Origin: Leptogorgia sarmentosa
Taxonomy: Eukaryota
Length of the DNA stretch: 64,000 nucleotides
Assembly: GCA_964658305.1 (NCBI GenBank)
Contig: OZ210884.1
Location: forward strand, 1,240,001 to 1,304,000
Direction of reading: 5' to 3'
The notes under the pieces are model-generated. The model was not told the DNA's origin, did not search any database, and saw nothing but the letters and a program-made list of their open reading frames with translations. Position numbers and translations under genes: made by a program. Shown in pieces: positions 14,801-28,800 of this stretch; the stretch's first letter is position 1, and the number at the start of each line of letters is the position of its first letter.

Positions 14801-17800
14801 ATGGTTCTGCAGATTAAAAAAAAATGCCAATAAAACCAATAAAAAAGCTTATATTTTGACTGTTTTCAAAAAAATACAGAAATATGAATTCCGATCGTGT
14901 TGCCATGACAACAACCTCAGGCAGCATGTATGTATTTCTAGTAATGGCCGCTTATTAAAACATTCAAAACGAATTTAGGCGATAAAGAACATATGAAAGT
15001 TCATTTTATTATGCTAAGGGATATTTTAGGGGGTATTTACAGCGACAAAAACAAGTCTCATCAGTATCAACAAAACAAAACATTCTCGGCAAAATATTTC
15101 GGTGTCTAAAGCGTATTTTAACCATGTTTGTATTGTGAAACGACCGGGAAAATAAATAAGTTTAATAAGTCTACTTTTTTCATTGTAATTATGAGTGGAA
15201 AAGCGTCAATATTGAAGAAAATGCGTCAATGTTGAAGGGGTTTTTTCTAACTTCGTCTTGGCTGTTTAGCAGCCATACTTGCGATAGAGTAGCAAAGTAA
15301 ACAAATAAACTGATCTCAAAATCTAGTTTGCAACACTGGATTTTTTTATCATAACATCGAGGAGAAAAAATTAAATAAGTTATTTACCGTTTAGGTCGGT
15401 CCGTACGGGAAAATATGTTGTCTCGGTCTAAAAAATGCCCTCGGCCTTCGGCCTCGTGCCGTTTTTGAGACCTCGACAAAATATTTTCCCGTACGGACCT
15501 CCCAGCCGGTAAAAAACATCTATTTACTTGGAACTTTGATTTAGTAAAGTAAAACTAGTGAATATTTCAATTGAAAACAAAACGCAGGTAAAAAATCAGC
15601 ACCTGGTGTTGTCCTTCTGTAAATCTTCCACCATTTGGGCTGTTCACGTTAATACGTGGAGGTTTTCCCGAGTTATCAAGAAACTCCGGTTCATCCCATG
15701 TAACTCTCATTTTTGAATCTGGTATTTCTGGTTTGAAGTCTTTTGCGATTCTTTCTGGACAGGAAGTATAGTATGGCGCTTCTTTATCTTAAATCAAATT
15801 TTAAATATACATAACATATCAATACATCCTTTCCAAAAGTCTTCAGCAGTAGACTCTGAAGCGGGGCCAAATCGCTGATCTTTATTCGTACTGCAAGAAT
15901 TACTTTATTTCCCCCGTTAGCAACGGCACAGTACTTTACAAAATTCTTCAAATTTGATTATTAAACATTCTCCGCCATTTTGTCCATGTTTTGTCATTTT
16001 TAACATAAAGAAAATGGCCAATAAAGTTTAGCGATCAAGCCTATAGCTTTTGGGTTTACGGACGATGTATAGCTATTTTGATCTGGAAGGGAGTATTGAG
16101 AGATGGAGCAGGTAGCTAAAAACTGAACGGTGGCGTCGAGCTCTCAAACTCGATTTTCTTGATTTTTTTGCGCATCAATAGGGTATAATGAGGTGCTTCT
16201 TTATCTTAAATCAAATTTTAAAGATATAATACCGGATAGGAGGTCCGTACAGGAAATTATTTTCTTTTGTTACTTTTGAATTCATGAGCGATATATTTTG
16301 TGTTTGACTAAGGTCGTATGTTCGATCGTCAGTCAAAAATATAGTTTTCAACGTTATGTTGTTAAATACATTACATCTATCATAAACAATACGGTTCGGC
16401 CGCGTGCGTATTTACTTTACTGGGCTAATATGGTGCATGTAGCCATCTACGACCTCGCCCATGCAGATGAGCAATTCGAGGAGAAAAAATCTATTATTTT
16501 CCGTTTAGGTCGGTCCTAACGATAAAATATTTTGTCCCGGTGTGACGCGAAATTCCTGACTTGCTAAATACATGATTATCGCAGGTCTGCACATGCGCAA
16601 ATGATGTGCGTCATGAATTTCGCAACTGCTGAAGCTACAACAACCCGTTTACTTTGAAAGAGATTTTTTAAGAGATTTTACTACAAATATTCTCCACGAA
16701 CTGCTTCAATTGACATTGTGCATTTGTAGTTAAATAATAATGATTTAGTAAATAATAATTTAATGAACAGTCAAAAATGACATCGGTGTCAAAAATGTTC
16801 CCCGGCCTTCGGCTTGGCCATCTTTGAGACCGCAACAAAATATTCTACCGTACGGACCTCCCTGCCAGTAAATAACATATATTTATTCGGCTGGACAGGT
16901 ATTATTTCTTGAGGTAGACTTAGACATAGTACAGTATGGAACATCTATCACAAATAGAATTAAAAGATGGCGGAGTGAACTCCAGCTTTTGTTTTAATCT
17001 GAGTGAAATTGATACATTTCATCCAAAGCTTTCTGATTCTACTTTTTGAGAACCCAAAGGCAAGGAAAACGTTTGTCTGGCTAACAACTATATGCTTTTT
17101 TAAATCCTCCCTCTCCAAAACTGTCAACTTCAACAGAAAATGTTATATTTCCTGCCATTGACCATCTTGTGGTAAAACGGAATTGAGAAGCCAGACGCTG
17201 AATAGTTAGTCGTGTTAGTATTAGTCTTTCCTTTTTGTTGTTAACTTTATTTTTCTCTGTTTTTCTTTGTTTTTTAGTACTTTTTGTTTAATACTTTTGA
17301 ATTCACTGACTTCGTGAGCCATATTTGTTAATTTTCATCGCAGCAATACTGACCATGTGACCAGAACTAACTTTGAGCCCACTAAATATTGATTTTGGCG
17401 AAAATAGTTTGGATTTTGAAAAGGATTTTTCGGTTTTTCTTTCTCTTTTGAGATTCTGATAACATTTGCTGCCTTCAAGACGACTGAAGCAGTGGCGACA
17501 TCTATTCTAATTAGTTAAAAATTAAGCGACATGGATATTCAGAGCTCGAAAATCTCATTTGAAACTTGAAATGTAGTCTTTTTAGAAAATATTTTATTCA
17601 ATTTTTTGCATAAAAAGGGGATTACATTTACCTTTCTGGTTCAAAAATCTCTCCTTTTTTATAAGGATTGGGAAACCGTTTCAGCCGTACAAACATTCGG
17701 CTTTTTTGTCTTGATTTTTTCAATATTAAAAAAAAAAAGGAAAATCGTCGTCGGAAACATGAGACCGCTGTTGGTCAGTGGAAATTATATTAAAAGTAAG

Positions 17801-20800
17801 AACCAGTCGCGTCAGCATCTGTAAAATCCGCTATGTTTTTGGCTTCAACCCGTTGTATGGAAAAAGTGCACTCTCTCCAGTCTTTCTTTAGCTCAGTGGT
17901 CTCTTCTAACAAGGGGAGCATTTGCAGACGCTGGTAAAAATAATGCAAACGCATGGGCATTTTTACGCAAATTTTGACTCTCAAAGTTTGATTTGTAAAT
18001 TATACGCGACTTGTAGATTTCAGAATTGTGATTCACGGGTTTGTGAAAGTACCGAGATTTTCTTTGCTGGAAGTTATAGAGTAACTCTTCAACAAGCTTT
18101 GTAGTGTTTTAAAATTAAAGCGAAAGAATTCCAAATTTTATGCGAAGAAAATGGCACGCAACGTTTGTGTTACACTGTCTAATGGTACTGCTTTGAACGA
18201 CAGGATATGATCAGATTTCCTATCTTAAAAGTATCTTTGGAACTTCAAAACAATGCACGAATATTTCCGAGTTTTGTAAACATTGAGCGCCGATATATTT
18301 TGTTGCAACACAAATCGAGTGCCTGAAAATAACGCCAATATCTTGAAGCAAAATATACTCAAAATTTAGCCCTTCATCACCCTTTTTTTCTTTTTTTATG
18401 AAAGTACGCATATAATTCGGAACTTGATAACACGATACTCATTACTCAACGCCTGATTTTCGCGGTGGGACTGTATAGACTCGCGACAACCAGAAATATT
18501 ATGCACGCTCTAAACATTATCATGATTTAAAGTTACATGGTTACATTTATAGTTAAGGAAATTAAATGAAGAAAATACCAAGGCTCCTACGCTTGTAGGA
18601 AGACCATTTCTTTTCTAACTTTAGCTATATATGAGAACAGATTAGCATATTTTGCGTTCGAAGGAAGAACATGTCAATCAGGGCAATGCGTAGGCATTGT
18701 GGCAATATCCCCTTGAATGGCAAAAGACCTAGACGGCTAGACTACAGTGCGACCCACGGTATTAGTTTAGTATGATATTAGTGCACTGTAGATTACATGT
18801 TTGGACGATTAAACATAATAAAAGTGAATTTTGTTTGGTTCATGGTAGAAACAATATTGCAATGATTACATTTCATGCTAGTCACGTGACAGCAAAATCC
18901 AGGTGTTCCTCCATTAAAAAGGTGGTCCACGCTATTAGTTTCATAAATTGCCGAGCAATACGGGAAGTAGAAAAGACCTAACTTGAGCCAAGAAAGGCAT
19001 TATTATGAAAGAAATAGCAATAACCAACACTACAAAAGCAATTTTTGAAAGATTTGATGGTCATGTTGTTACAATGGCAAGATTTTTGCAAAATCCATTC
19101 TTCAAGTGGAAATTTCATTCTGATCGTAACTATTAAAGCCAATTTTATAGCAGGATACGAGTTGAGCAACGAGTAAGTTGCGCAAAATGCCTCCAGCAGC
19201 AAGTGGAAAATTTGCACAGAAAGCTGGTCTCCTCGATGTTGCAAAAACCACTCGCAATCGTGCACCTGCCAAGATGGGTTCCATCTAGATGATATAAACA
19301 TGACGCTTTATTATCCACCACAAGTTCTCAATTGGGTTCAAATTTGGCGAGTTTAGTTGCCAAACCATTACGATTTTGTTCACAAAACCAAACGACTGAA
19401 GGGATTCCGTTGTTGCCTTTGCTGCATATGACATGCGTTAAGGTAATCTTCTTCAATGTTGCTAAAGGAAGTTTATCCAACCGTGACTCAAGGGATTTCT
19501 TCAGGTAAGGGCAATACGTAGCAGAAGACAACTTCTGACCTTCAGGGATCATCTGCGATGATTCCATTCCTGTTCATAATCCTCCAACACCATGTTGGCG
19601 TCTCATCCCCTTAGGGCATTCCTCATCGCATCCTTTACTCCGGCCATTTGGACCATCCAGTGTCGACCTTGATTCGTCAGTGAAAAGAACAAACATTGTG
19701 TTCGTCCTCATGTATTTTCTCGCCCATTCTATCCTCAAATGATCGTGTCTAGCAGTAAAAGGTCAACATTTCTTCATTTACTCCATGGAACCTGTCTTCG
19801 CAGGTCCACGATTGCGAGTGGTTTTTGGAAGATCGAGCGGACCAGCTTTCTGGGCAAATTATCCACTAGCTGCAGGAGGCATTTTACGCAACTTACTGGT
19901 TATCCAGCTCCTATCCCGCTTTGACACTGGTTTTATTCGGCGCGATTACCATGAAGTTTCCTATTGAAATATGGATTTTGCAAAAATCTTGTCATTGTCA
20001 CAACATGACCATCAAATCTTTCAAAAATTGCTTTTGTAGTGTTGGTTATTGCTATTTCTTTCATAGTAATGGCTTTCTTGGCTAAGGTTAGGTCTTTTCT
20101 ACTTTCCATATTGCTCGGCGATTTATGAAACTAATAGCGTGGACCACCTCTTTTATGGAGGAACACCTGGATTTTGTTGTCACGTGACTAATATGAAATG
20201 TAATCATTGCAATATTGTTTCTACCATGAACCAAACAAAATTCACTTTTATTATGTTTAATCCTCCAAACATGTAATCTACAATGCACTAATATTGTACC
20301 AAACTAATACCGTGGGTCGCACTGTAGTATATTTTCTCTATGTATTATATTATTGCTTCTAACCTAATATACTTAGCACCTAAATGCTGGGACTTAGGTC
20401 GACGCGCACATTCCTTAATTTGCGCGACAATAATAAAACAGAAGTAAAATAGAAATCAAAACACGATGTCTCTCGTCGAACACTTCACAGATGCACGAAC
20501 AATCTCTGTGTACTTTACAGAATTTCCGCCAAATCACGGGGCTGCTCTCCTCTGTTAATATAAAATTGCATCTTCTATAGACCTTTTATTGCTGTCTCAA
20601 GTAAAACAGGAAATTTGGAGCAGAAAATCTTGAAATATCACATTTGTTTAATCCTTCCATTACAGCCGAAAACCAAACGCGCAAAGGCCGTTTTCCATTG
20701 CGATCGCTTTGCCCGAACGGGCGGAGCGAACATGTTTAAACTTTTGCTATGGTTGTCGAATCTGAGCGTTTTTGTCTGTTTTGGCGCGCGCGGAGACGCT

Positions 20801-22085
20801 TACAAGTGCGACTACATTCAACTTTCTTGGCGCGCCCGGGTGACTGATTTTCCACGAGATTAAAAGAGATTGAGATTTTTTTTACGTCAATTTATATTTG
20901 TGCTTTAATTTCTACAAGTATAGCGGTGGGGAGGTAAGTTGGTATACAATTTCTTACGTGAACTGCTTTTGAAAATGGCAACCTGGAAGTGAAATTTTGT
21001 GGGAATTGAGAAGTTCAAAGGGTAAAAATGTCGTCTTGGTCAGCTAGTCGATCACGGTGATATGATTTGAAAATTCAACTTTGACACTTAGGCATATGTG
21101 TCCACTATATCGATATCTGTGCTATTAGGCAACCAAATTGTTATATCCCATGCATTAATAATTTCATACTCATCAATCAAGCAATGAAATAAACCTACCT
21201 TTAACTACAATTGAAAATTCGCAATAGGCGCTTAGACCAGCTTTATCAGTGACAGTGTATTTGACTTTGTGTTCACCAATTTCAAAATTTCGCGGACTCA
21301 CATAACGAGTCATTTCAGACAACGTTATTCTGGGATTCGCGTCGTGAAGTTTTGAGTTGTCATCATATTCAGGAATTTCCCACTCTACACGTGCCGTGTT
21401 CGTGCGAAACCTCGTGCTGTGCGTTGTTTCGTTGGGACAATATGTAAATCTTGGAGGATCTATGTCTAAAAGACATTATGATAAAAGTTTTTAATCTTGT
21501 TGCGAGTCAGTTGTTCAAAAGCCAGTTGTTCAAAAGCCGGTAAGTTTAAACCTGGGTTAACTTAAAATTCAAAGCAAATTCTCCAACATTTTATTGATGA
21601 ATTTTGAAATGTATATCTATATATTTAGTAGAATCATACTAGTATACTATTGCAAATGCTGCAATTTGATTGACTACTCTACTCGCTATCTATATTCCTC
21701 GATAGATAGCAAGTAGCAAAACATGTGAATTTTCGTTAAAGAAAATGTCTTCTGAGAAAATGTCTTCTAAGACTTCTAAAATTATTTATTGCAATATTTT
21801 CATGTTTGATCTCTGATTCTACTAAAACAATTAGATTACTCGCTCTCTATTCCTACAAGATGATAGTTGATTCGGGCTTCGCCCTCATCAACTATTACCT
21901 CATAGAAATCTCGAGCTCGTAATCTAATTGTTAAATATATATATATATATATATACACCTATTACCTATTTCGAAAAGGTTGTCCTACAAATACCTTAAA
22001 CTTGCGCAAGTTACGATGGGTGACCTCTTAAAGGTTAAAACGTGCGAATGGCAAGGCGTATGATAAGAAATTACGATGTTTTTTA

Positions 22086-22153
<68 letters not shown>

Positions 22154-22407
22154 CTGAAACTCATCTGCAAATACCTTAAACTTGCGCAAGTTACGATGGG
22201 TGACCTCTTAAAGGTTAAAACGTGCGAATGGCAAGGCGTATGATAAGAAATTACGATGTTAAAAAAAACATCGTAATTTCTTATCATACGCCTTGCCATT
22301 CGCACGTTTTAACCTTTAAGAGGTCACCCATCGTAACTTGCGCAAGTTTAAGGTATTTGCAGATGAGTTTCAGGAACAAACACGGCTCATTATGAGTATA
22401 TACAAAC

Positions 22408-22451
<44 letters not shown>

Positions 22452-22804
22452 CCATTATGGTGATAACAGGGAGGGCACATTGTTATACGTTTTGTATATA
22501 TATATATATATTTAGTAGAATCATACTCGTATGCTATTGCAAATGCTGCAATTTGATTGGCTACTCTACTCGATATCTATTCCTCGATAGATAGCGAGTA
22601 GCGAAATATGTGAATTTTCGTTCAAGAAAATGTCTTCTGAGACGCGGTTTTAAATTATTTTTTGCAAAATTTTCATGTTTGATCTCTGATTCTACTAAAA
22701 CAATTAGATTACTCGCTCTCGATTTCTACGAGATGATAGTTGATTCGGGCTTCGCCCTCATCAACTATCACCTCATAGAAATCTCGAGCTCGTAATCTAA
22801 TTGT

Positions 22805-22883
<79 letters not shown>

Positions 22884-25800
22884 GTTTGTATATACTCATA
22901 ATGAGCCGTGTTTGACTGAGCCGTGACTGATGAGTCCCAAAAGGACGAAACGGTTCCGTCTGTAGTTATATATATAGCAAATAGTATAGTTTTGCCTCAA
23001 AAAGGTGATATTCCGAAAACGCGAGTGCACAACCGATATACGGGTGCAAATATACGATAAAGTTTTGGTTAACGAAATGCCAAAAGAGTGCTCGATACCA
23101 TATAGATAGAGCAAATAGTATAGTTTTGCCTCAAAAAGGTGATATTCCGAAAACGAGAGTGCACAACCGATATACGGGTGCAAATATACGATAAAGTTTT
23201 GGTTAACGAAATGCCAAAAGAGTGCTCGATACCATATAGATAGAGCAAATAGTATAGTTTTGCCTCAGAAAGGTGATATTCCGAAAACGAGAGTGCACAA
23301 CCGATATACGGGCCCTAGCGTTTCCCAGTCACTAAGTATATTATTAGCTATGTCTTGTTATAATTATAATAATTAAACTTTTAATATTTCTAATTATTTT
23401 TAACAGAAAATATTAAAATGTAATGTACCTATGCAAACTTCAAATTGTTTAGACCACGTTCCATCAACCAAACAATACCGAGTTTGTGATTTCGATTTTG
23501 TAATGTTGAACACGTATCCTTGTGGACATTCGAATCTGCAGCCTTCGCCGAATATTATTGGTTGTGTAGTGCAATCAATGTTATTCACGGTTGTTAGGTC
23601 CACTGAATTTAGTGGCGGGCATTTTACAACTGAAAAAGATTGTATATAAAATGTTTATGTTTATAATACTATAATTATTACTACTATTAGTACTAGTTAG
23701 AATGTTCGCTGCTTGTTGGTGAACTCATTCATCTTCGTTATCAGCAGCACTTATTTTGTAAACCTACACCACCTTCTTTTGATGACAAAGAGGCGATGGT
23801 CACATATGACATTACCTTCGCAAGCAGTGTCCTCACCAGACCATGTTTTATCCACTCGACAGACCTTCACACCAGATCCGACACGTCGATACCCACGTTT
23901 GCACTTATACGTACAATTGGTTCCAACACGAAGGTCATTAAAGCTGCAAATACCATAATCGTTTTCAGCATATGGAACCCAGGATTTTTCACACACAATT
24001 CCTGCGAAAAATCAAATTAATTCGTAATGGACACGTGCTTGACTATCCGCCGTCGAGGGTGCTCGTTTTGGGTATTTACAAACCAAAATCAATGGGACAT
24101 CGGAGTGGTAATAGGGTTTATGCAAAGTAAGATTTAATCATTATAGTGTTTGGTCAAAATTGTGATTTGGAAAAAGATGTAAAAAAGAGACCAAACATAT
24201 GATTTCGTGATTTCGATTGGGAAAAGAAGTGCATTCTGTTCAAAGGCAATACATTTTCTTACCAGGGCCGTCGCTAGAACGTTAATTGGGGGGGGGGGGT
24301 GCATATTCATATTTTGGCGTTCTGCCGACTGATTTCTTTAGAAATTAATTCATAAACAACTGATTTCAAAAGAAATCAGTCGGCAGAACGCCAGAATATG
24401 AATATGCACCCCCCCAATTAACGTTCTAGCGACGGCCCTGTTTCTTACGTTTACAATCAGGCGTTATACTATTGTTCATCCAGTATGCTAGCCCTTGGTT
24501 GCTCTCTTGCACTGTACATAATCGATCCTGGAAAAGTTAAAAACATTTAAGAAGTCATATATGCCCATTGATCTGTATTTGAAATGGCGCGTGTATCTTT
24601 GAATGATGTCAATCAGTAAATAAATGTGCAACATTAGAATGCTCAAGCGACGTAATATATCCAAAACCTGCATTGCTTGAGAAATTTGAAATAATATTCG
24701 TAATTTAGAAATTTACGACTTTCGTTGAAAGAGTTAGTTAGAAGGAAATTTGACTTGTTTTTTATAGATTATATTTACTACTGCATGTATGTTATCTTTA
24801 ATAAGTACTGTAGACTTAACAATAGTCGAATTTGCTTTGTCCGCGCGGCATTCTCGCCGTTTCATACCAAGGGCCGATAGATAAAACAAAAGTTTTTGCA
24901 AGTTAGATGCGTTGGTTGCGACGTGTGAATGACATCTTGTTGGGTCTCCCTTGAATCAAAGTCATCGCTGATGATCACATTCTTGTTTTTAGCTGTGGTG
25001 AGACAGACGACGAAGCCTATCGAGACCATGACAAGAACCTTAGACTTTTGATGGAACGCTGCAAAGAGAAGGGCCTCAAGTTGAACCCAGATAAGATCCA
25101 GCTTCAACTCAACGAGGTGAATTACATGGGCCATCGTCTTACAGCTAATGGATTAAAGAGTTATCCAGAAAAAACGAACGCAATCCGAGATATGCCAACT
25201 GATAAGCTGGGAGTGCAGAGATTGCTTGGCATGGCAAATTATGTCCAGAAGTTTGCTCCTAGGCTAGCCGAAATTACCACACCTTTGCGTGACTTGATTA
25301 ATACAGGAAACGAATTCAAATGGGAGGAACATGTACATGGTAGAGCATTGAGCGAGATCCGGCAAATACTTTCTGCACCACCAATACTCCGGTTATATGA
25401 CGCCAATGTAGTGCAAGTCCTGCAGTGCGATGCATCCATGAATGGTCTTGGTACCTGCCTATTACAAAACAATCAACCAGTGGCATATGCGTCGCGGTCT
25501 CTCACTCCAACCGAAGTTCAATATGCTCAGATTGAGAAAGAGATGCTGGCAATTGTGTTCGGGACGCAATGATTCTAACGTTATTTGTACGGTCGCAAAG
25601 CGTGTAGTGCTCCAAAGCGCCTGCAAAGTATGATACTACGACTCCAGAAGTTTGAGCTCGAAGTTATATTCCATCCCCCATGCTGAGAATCTAAGCGATG
25701 ACATTCAACAGTACATACAATTATTCACAGCCACTTGGACACAACAGACGTATAGTGCTGGCGAGAAACGATTTATTGATTTCGTTCAACTATACCAACC

Positions 25801-28800
25801 AAAAGGGGCCACTTATGTTTATGGCCGATACACTAAGTTGGGCAACTCTCAACCAGCCAAATACTTAAGGAACTGTAGAGACCGAAGAAGTAATGACGAT
25901 GCATGACACTAGATCAGAAACTGAAAGAGAAATAGAACAAGTTGATATGCTGCAGGACCTAGCGGTAAGAGAAAGTACTTTAGTCCAAATTAAAGAAAAA
26001 ACGGAAGCAGACAGCCACTTACAGGCGTTGGCCCCAATTGTAAAAGAAAGGTGGCCAAGTACACTAGCCGAGGTTCCTCTGGCATTACGAGTTTATCACC
26101 CGTTTCGCGATGAACTGACCGTACAGAATGGAGTTATTCTTAAAGGGGAACGGCTGATTGTTCCTGCAGGAATGAGAGCAGAAATGAAAGAAAAACTTCA
26201 TCACAACCACAGTGGGATACAAGCGACTCTAACTTCATTGAGGTGGACAGACTATACACAAAGACAAGCACTGAAGTTGTCGACAAGTTAAAGGCACACA
26301 TGGCGGTATTCCAGAGCATGTTGTCAGTGACAACGGACCACAGTATTGTTCTAGTGTTCTATTGTTCTAATTTCAGGATTTTGCCGCGAAATATGAATTT
26401 GAACAAGTGACTTCGTCGCTTCGATATCCACAATCAACTGGGAAGGCGGTAAACCGCGGTAAAGACAGCAAAGCGCCTTATGGAGAAGGCATTGGACGCG
26501 AAATCAGATCCGTACCTGGCAATACTGCATGGAGCATCGAAACACACCTTCAGATGGTATGAGTACCTCACAAGCCCAACGATTGTTTGGGAGGAGAACC
26601 AGAACCACAATGCCTCGTGCAAGCTGCTCGACCCTACTTGTTGGCGTTCGGCAGAACAAGAGCTGCGATAGGCAAAAACTAAACAAGCTTACTACTGCAA
26701 CAAAGGATCAAAGCAACTTCCAGCACTCGAAATAGGAGATGCAGTCCGTATGATGCCTGAGAAAGGAAGGAAAACCTGGAGGAAAGGAACGCTGAAAGCG
26801 AGGTCGTATATTGTTAGAACTGACAGTGGAGGAAATTATAGAAGAAATCGCAGACATCTTCGGAAAACGTTGGAATCAGACGAAGTGGAAGCAGATATAG
26901 AATTGCCAATGAAAGACATATATATACATATACGGCTGAAATCTTAGCTAGTGTGGCTGAGACGTTTAACAGTGTGGAAGGTGTAGTTTGTATGTAGTGT
27001 TCGTAACAATCAGACGACCAACGGTCCAGGGTTTTTATGAGCCAATAGCAGTTTTGCCGAGGCTGCTGTAGTTGCTGCGCCAATTCGATAACGTTAACCC
27101 GCGAAATTTGAGGCTTGGAAGCCGGCTTGAGAAAGCAATTGCCGAGTCTTGCGTGTTAGTTCTTGTTTTGTAAGGGGTTTTAGAGGGGAATTCACCAAGT
27201 GAATTCACAAAGATGGGTCCCACTGTTGGTAGCCGGAGACGGCTAAGCAGGTTTTCATAGCTAACACAGGGCAAAGTAGTGTGTTGGAACTTCCAATGGT
27301 TATCGTTTGCCCTGCTCGAAATGGTCTGTTTTGGACTCATTTATGCGGACAAACATTGCGTTGTTCGATTGTCAGCCATTCGAGAAGATAACATCATCTG
27401 GTTTTAGATGAGTTTCAGGATTAGATTTGGAATTGCACGTCAATTCGCCAGGGCGCAGGAAATCAAAAAAGGACCCGTTTGAGGCGTAACATGTTGTTGA
27501 AGTCTAGTGGGAAACCGTTTCGGATGTACAAGTGGCGAACTGCAGCGAGATAGTTTTTGATAGACGAATGTTTGATGCTCCTGGCTAAATATGCCGAAAA
27601 CTCGACTAGGGAATCTTCACTTTTGGGGAAGAGATGTTTGGCCCCTTTTGGTTGGTATAGTTGAACGAAGTCAATAAATCGTTTCTCGCCAGCACTGACT
27701 ATACATCTATGGACAATTGTATGTACAGTTGAATGTCATCGCTTAGATTCTCAGCATGGTGGCTGCATGGAATTTTGTAAGCAACCACATCTGCGTGAGG
27801 TGCTAGCATTCGGAAGTCGGAACCTTTGAAACTGAAAACGAGAAAGGGAATCCGCAATTTCATTACGTTTGCCTGGTATGTGTTGTGCTGTAATGTATAG
27901 ATTGTACTTCAATGTTAATAGTATAAGGTGACGGAGAAGATCCACTACCCGGGAAATTCGCTTAGAGTTAATTATAATATTAACAACAGACTCATTGTCG
28001 CAGTACAAGATGATTCGTTTGCTCTGCAGTGATCCTCCCCATAAATGGCATGCAACTACTATGGCAAATACTTCCTGCCAGGCAATCGAAATCCTCACAG
28101 TTGCCATAGAACCACCTATTTTTAAAGTTTCCCCCATTACCTAGTGTACCCGATGCGTCGGTATGGAATTCTAGGGCTTCTGAGTTAGTCCATTCAGAGG
28201 ATAGGAAGAAACCTGCGCCATTCCAGCTAATAATAAATTGTTTCCATATCTCAAGGTCCTTGAAGAAACCGGAGCTAAGTTTAATATGATGATGGGGTTG
28301 CTTAACGTTGCGTGTTAATTGATCATTCGTTGTAAGTAGGGGCGCTCTGGTGGGATAACCTTGCATGCAAAATTAAGGGTCCCAGTAAGTGACTGGAGCT
28401 CTTTCAGAGTACATGGCCGCTTGAAATACTTGCATAAGCTTCGGCTTTGAAAGATTTACATGGAATGGCGCTAGCATGGTCTGGTCTTACTACACCATGT
28501 GGAAAAACAGAGCGCTGATTGGTGCGAATTCTAGTAGCAGCGGGGGTCCTATCTGATTGGTTTGTTTTAGTTGCCAACATACGTACGTTTTGCACGAGGT
28601 ATGCACGTGTGACAAGGTACTACTAGTTCATGATGAACTTTGACCGTTTGCGCTGTTTTTAACCCAAATGCTTGCTACATTAACTTAACGTTATATGGCC
28701 TGGGGCTTTTATAAACTTGCTCAAAGTTTAGTGCTCATTTTCAAGCTGAAATTTAGACCCCAAGGTTAACTCAGTTATTGTCGGAGCAGACGAAGTCAAA

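Noticed and set aside
21985..22305. ORF with IYIYIY run
   Set aside because: Translation of a (TA)n microsatellite and its flanking repeats.
22976..23312. Regularly spaced repeats as a possible CRISPR array
   Set aside because: The whole 134-bp unit repeats with no variable spacers, and the context is a eukaryotic intron.
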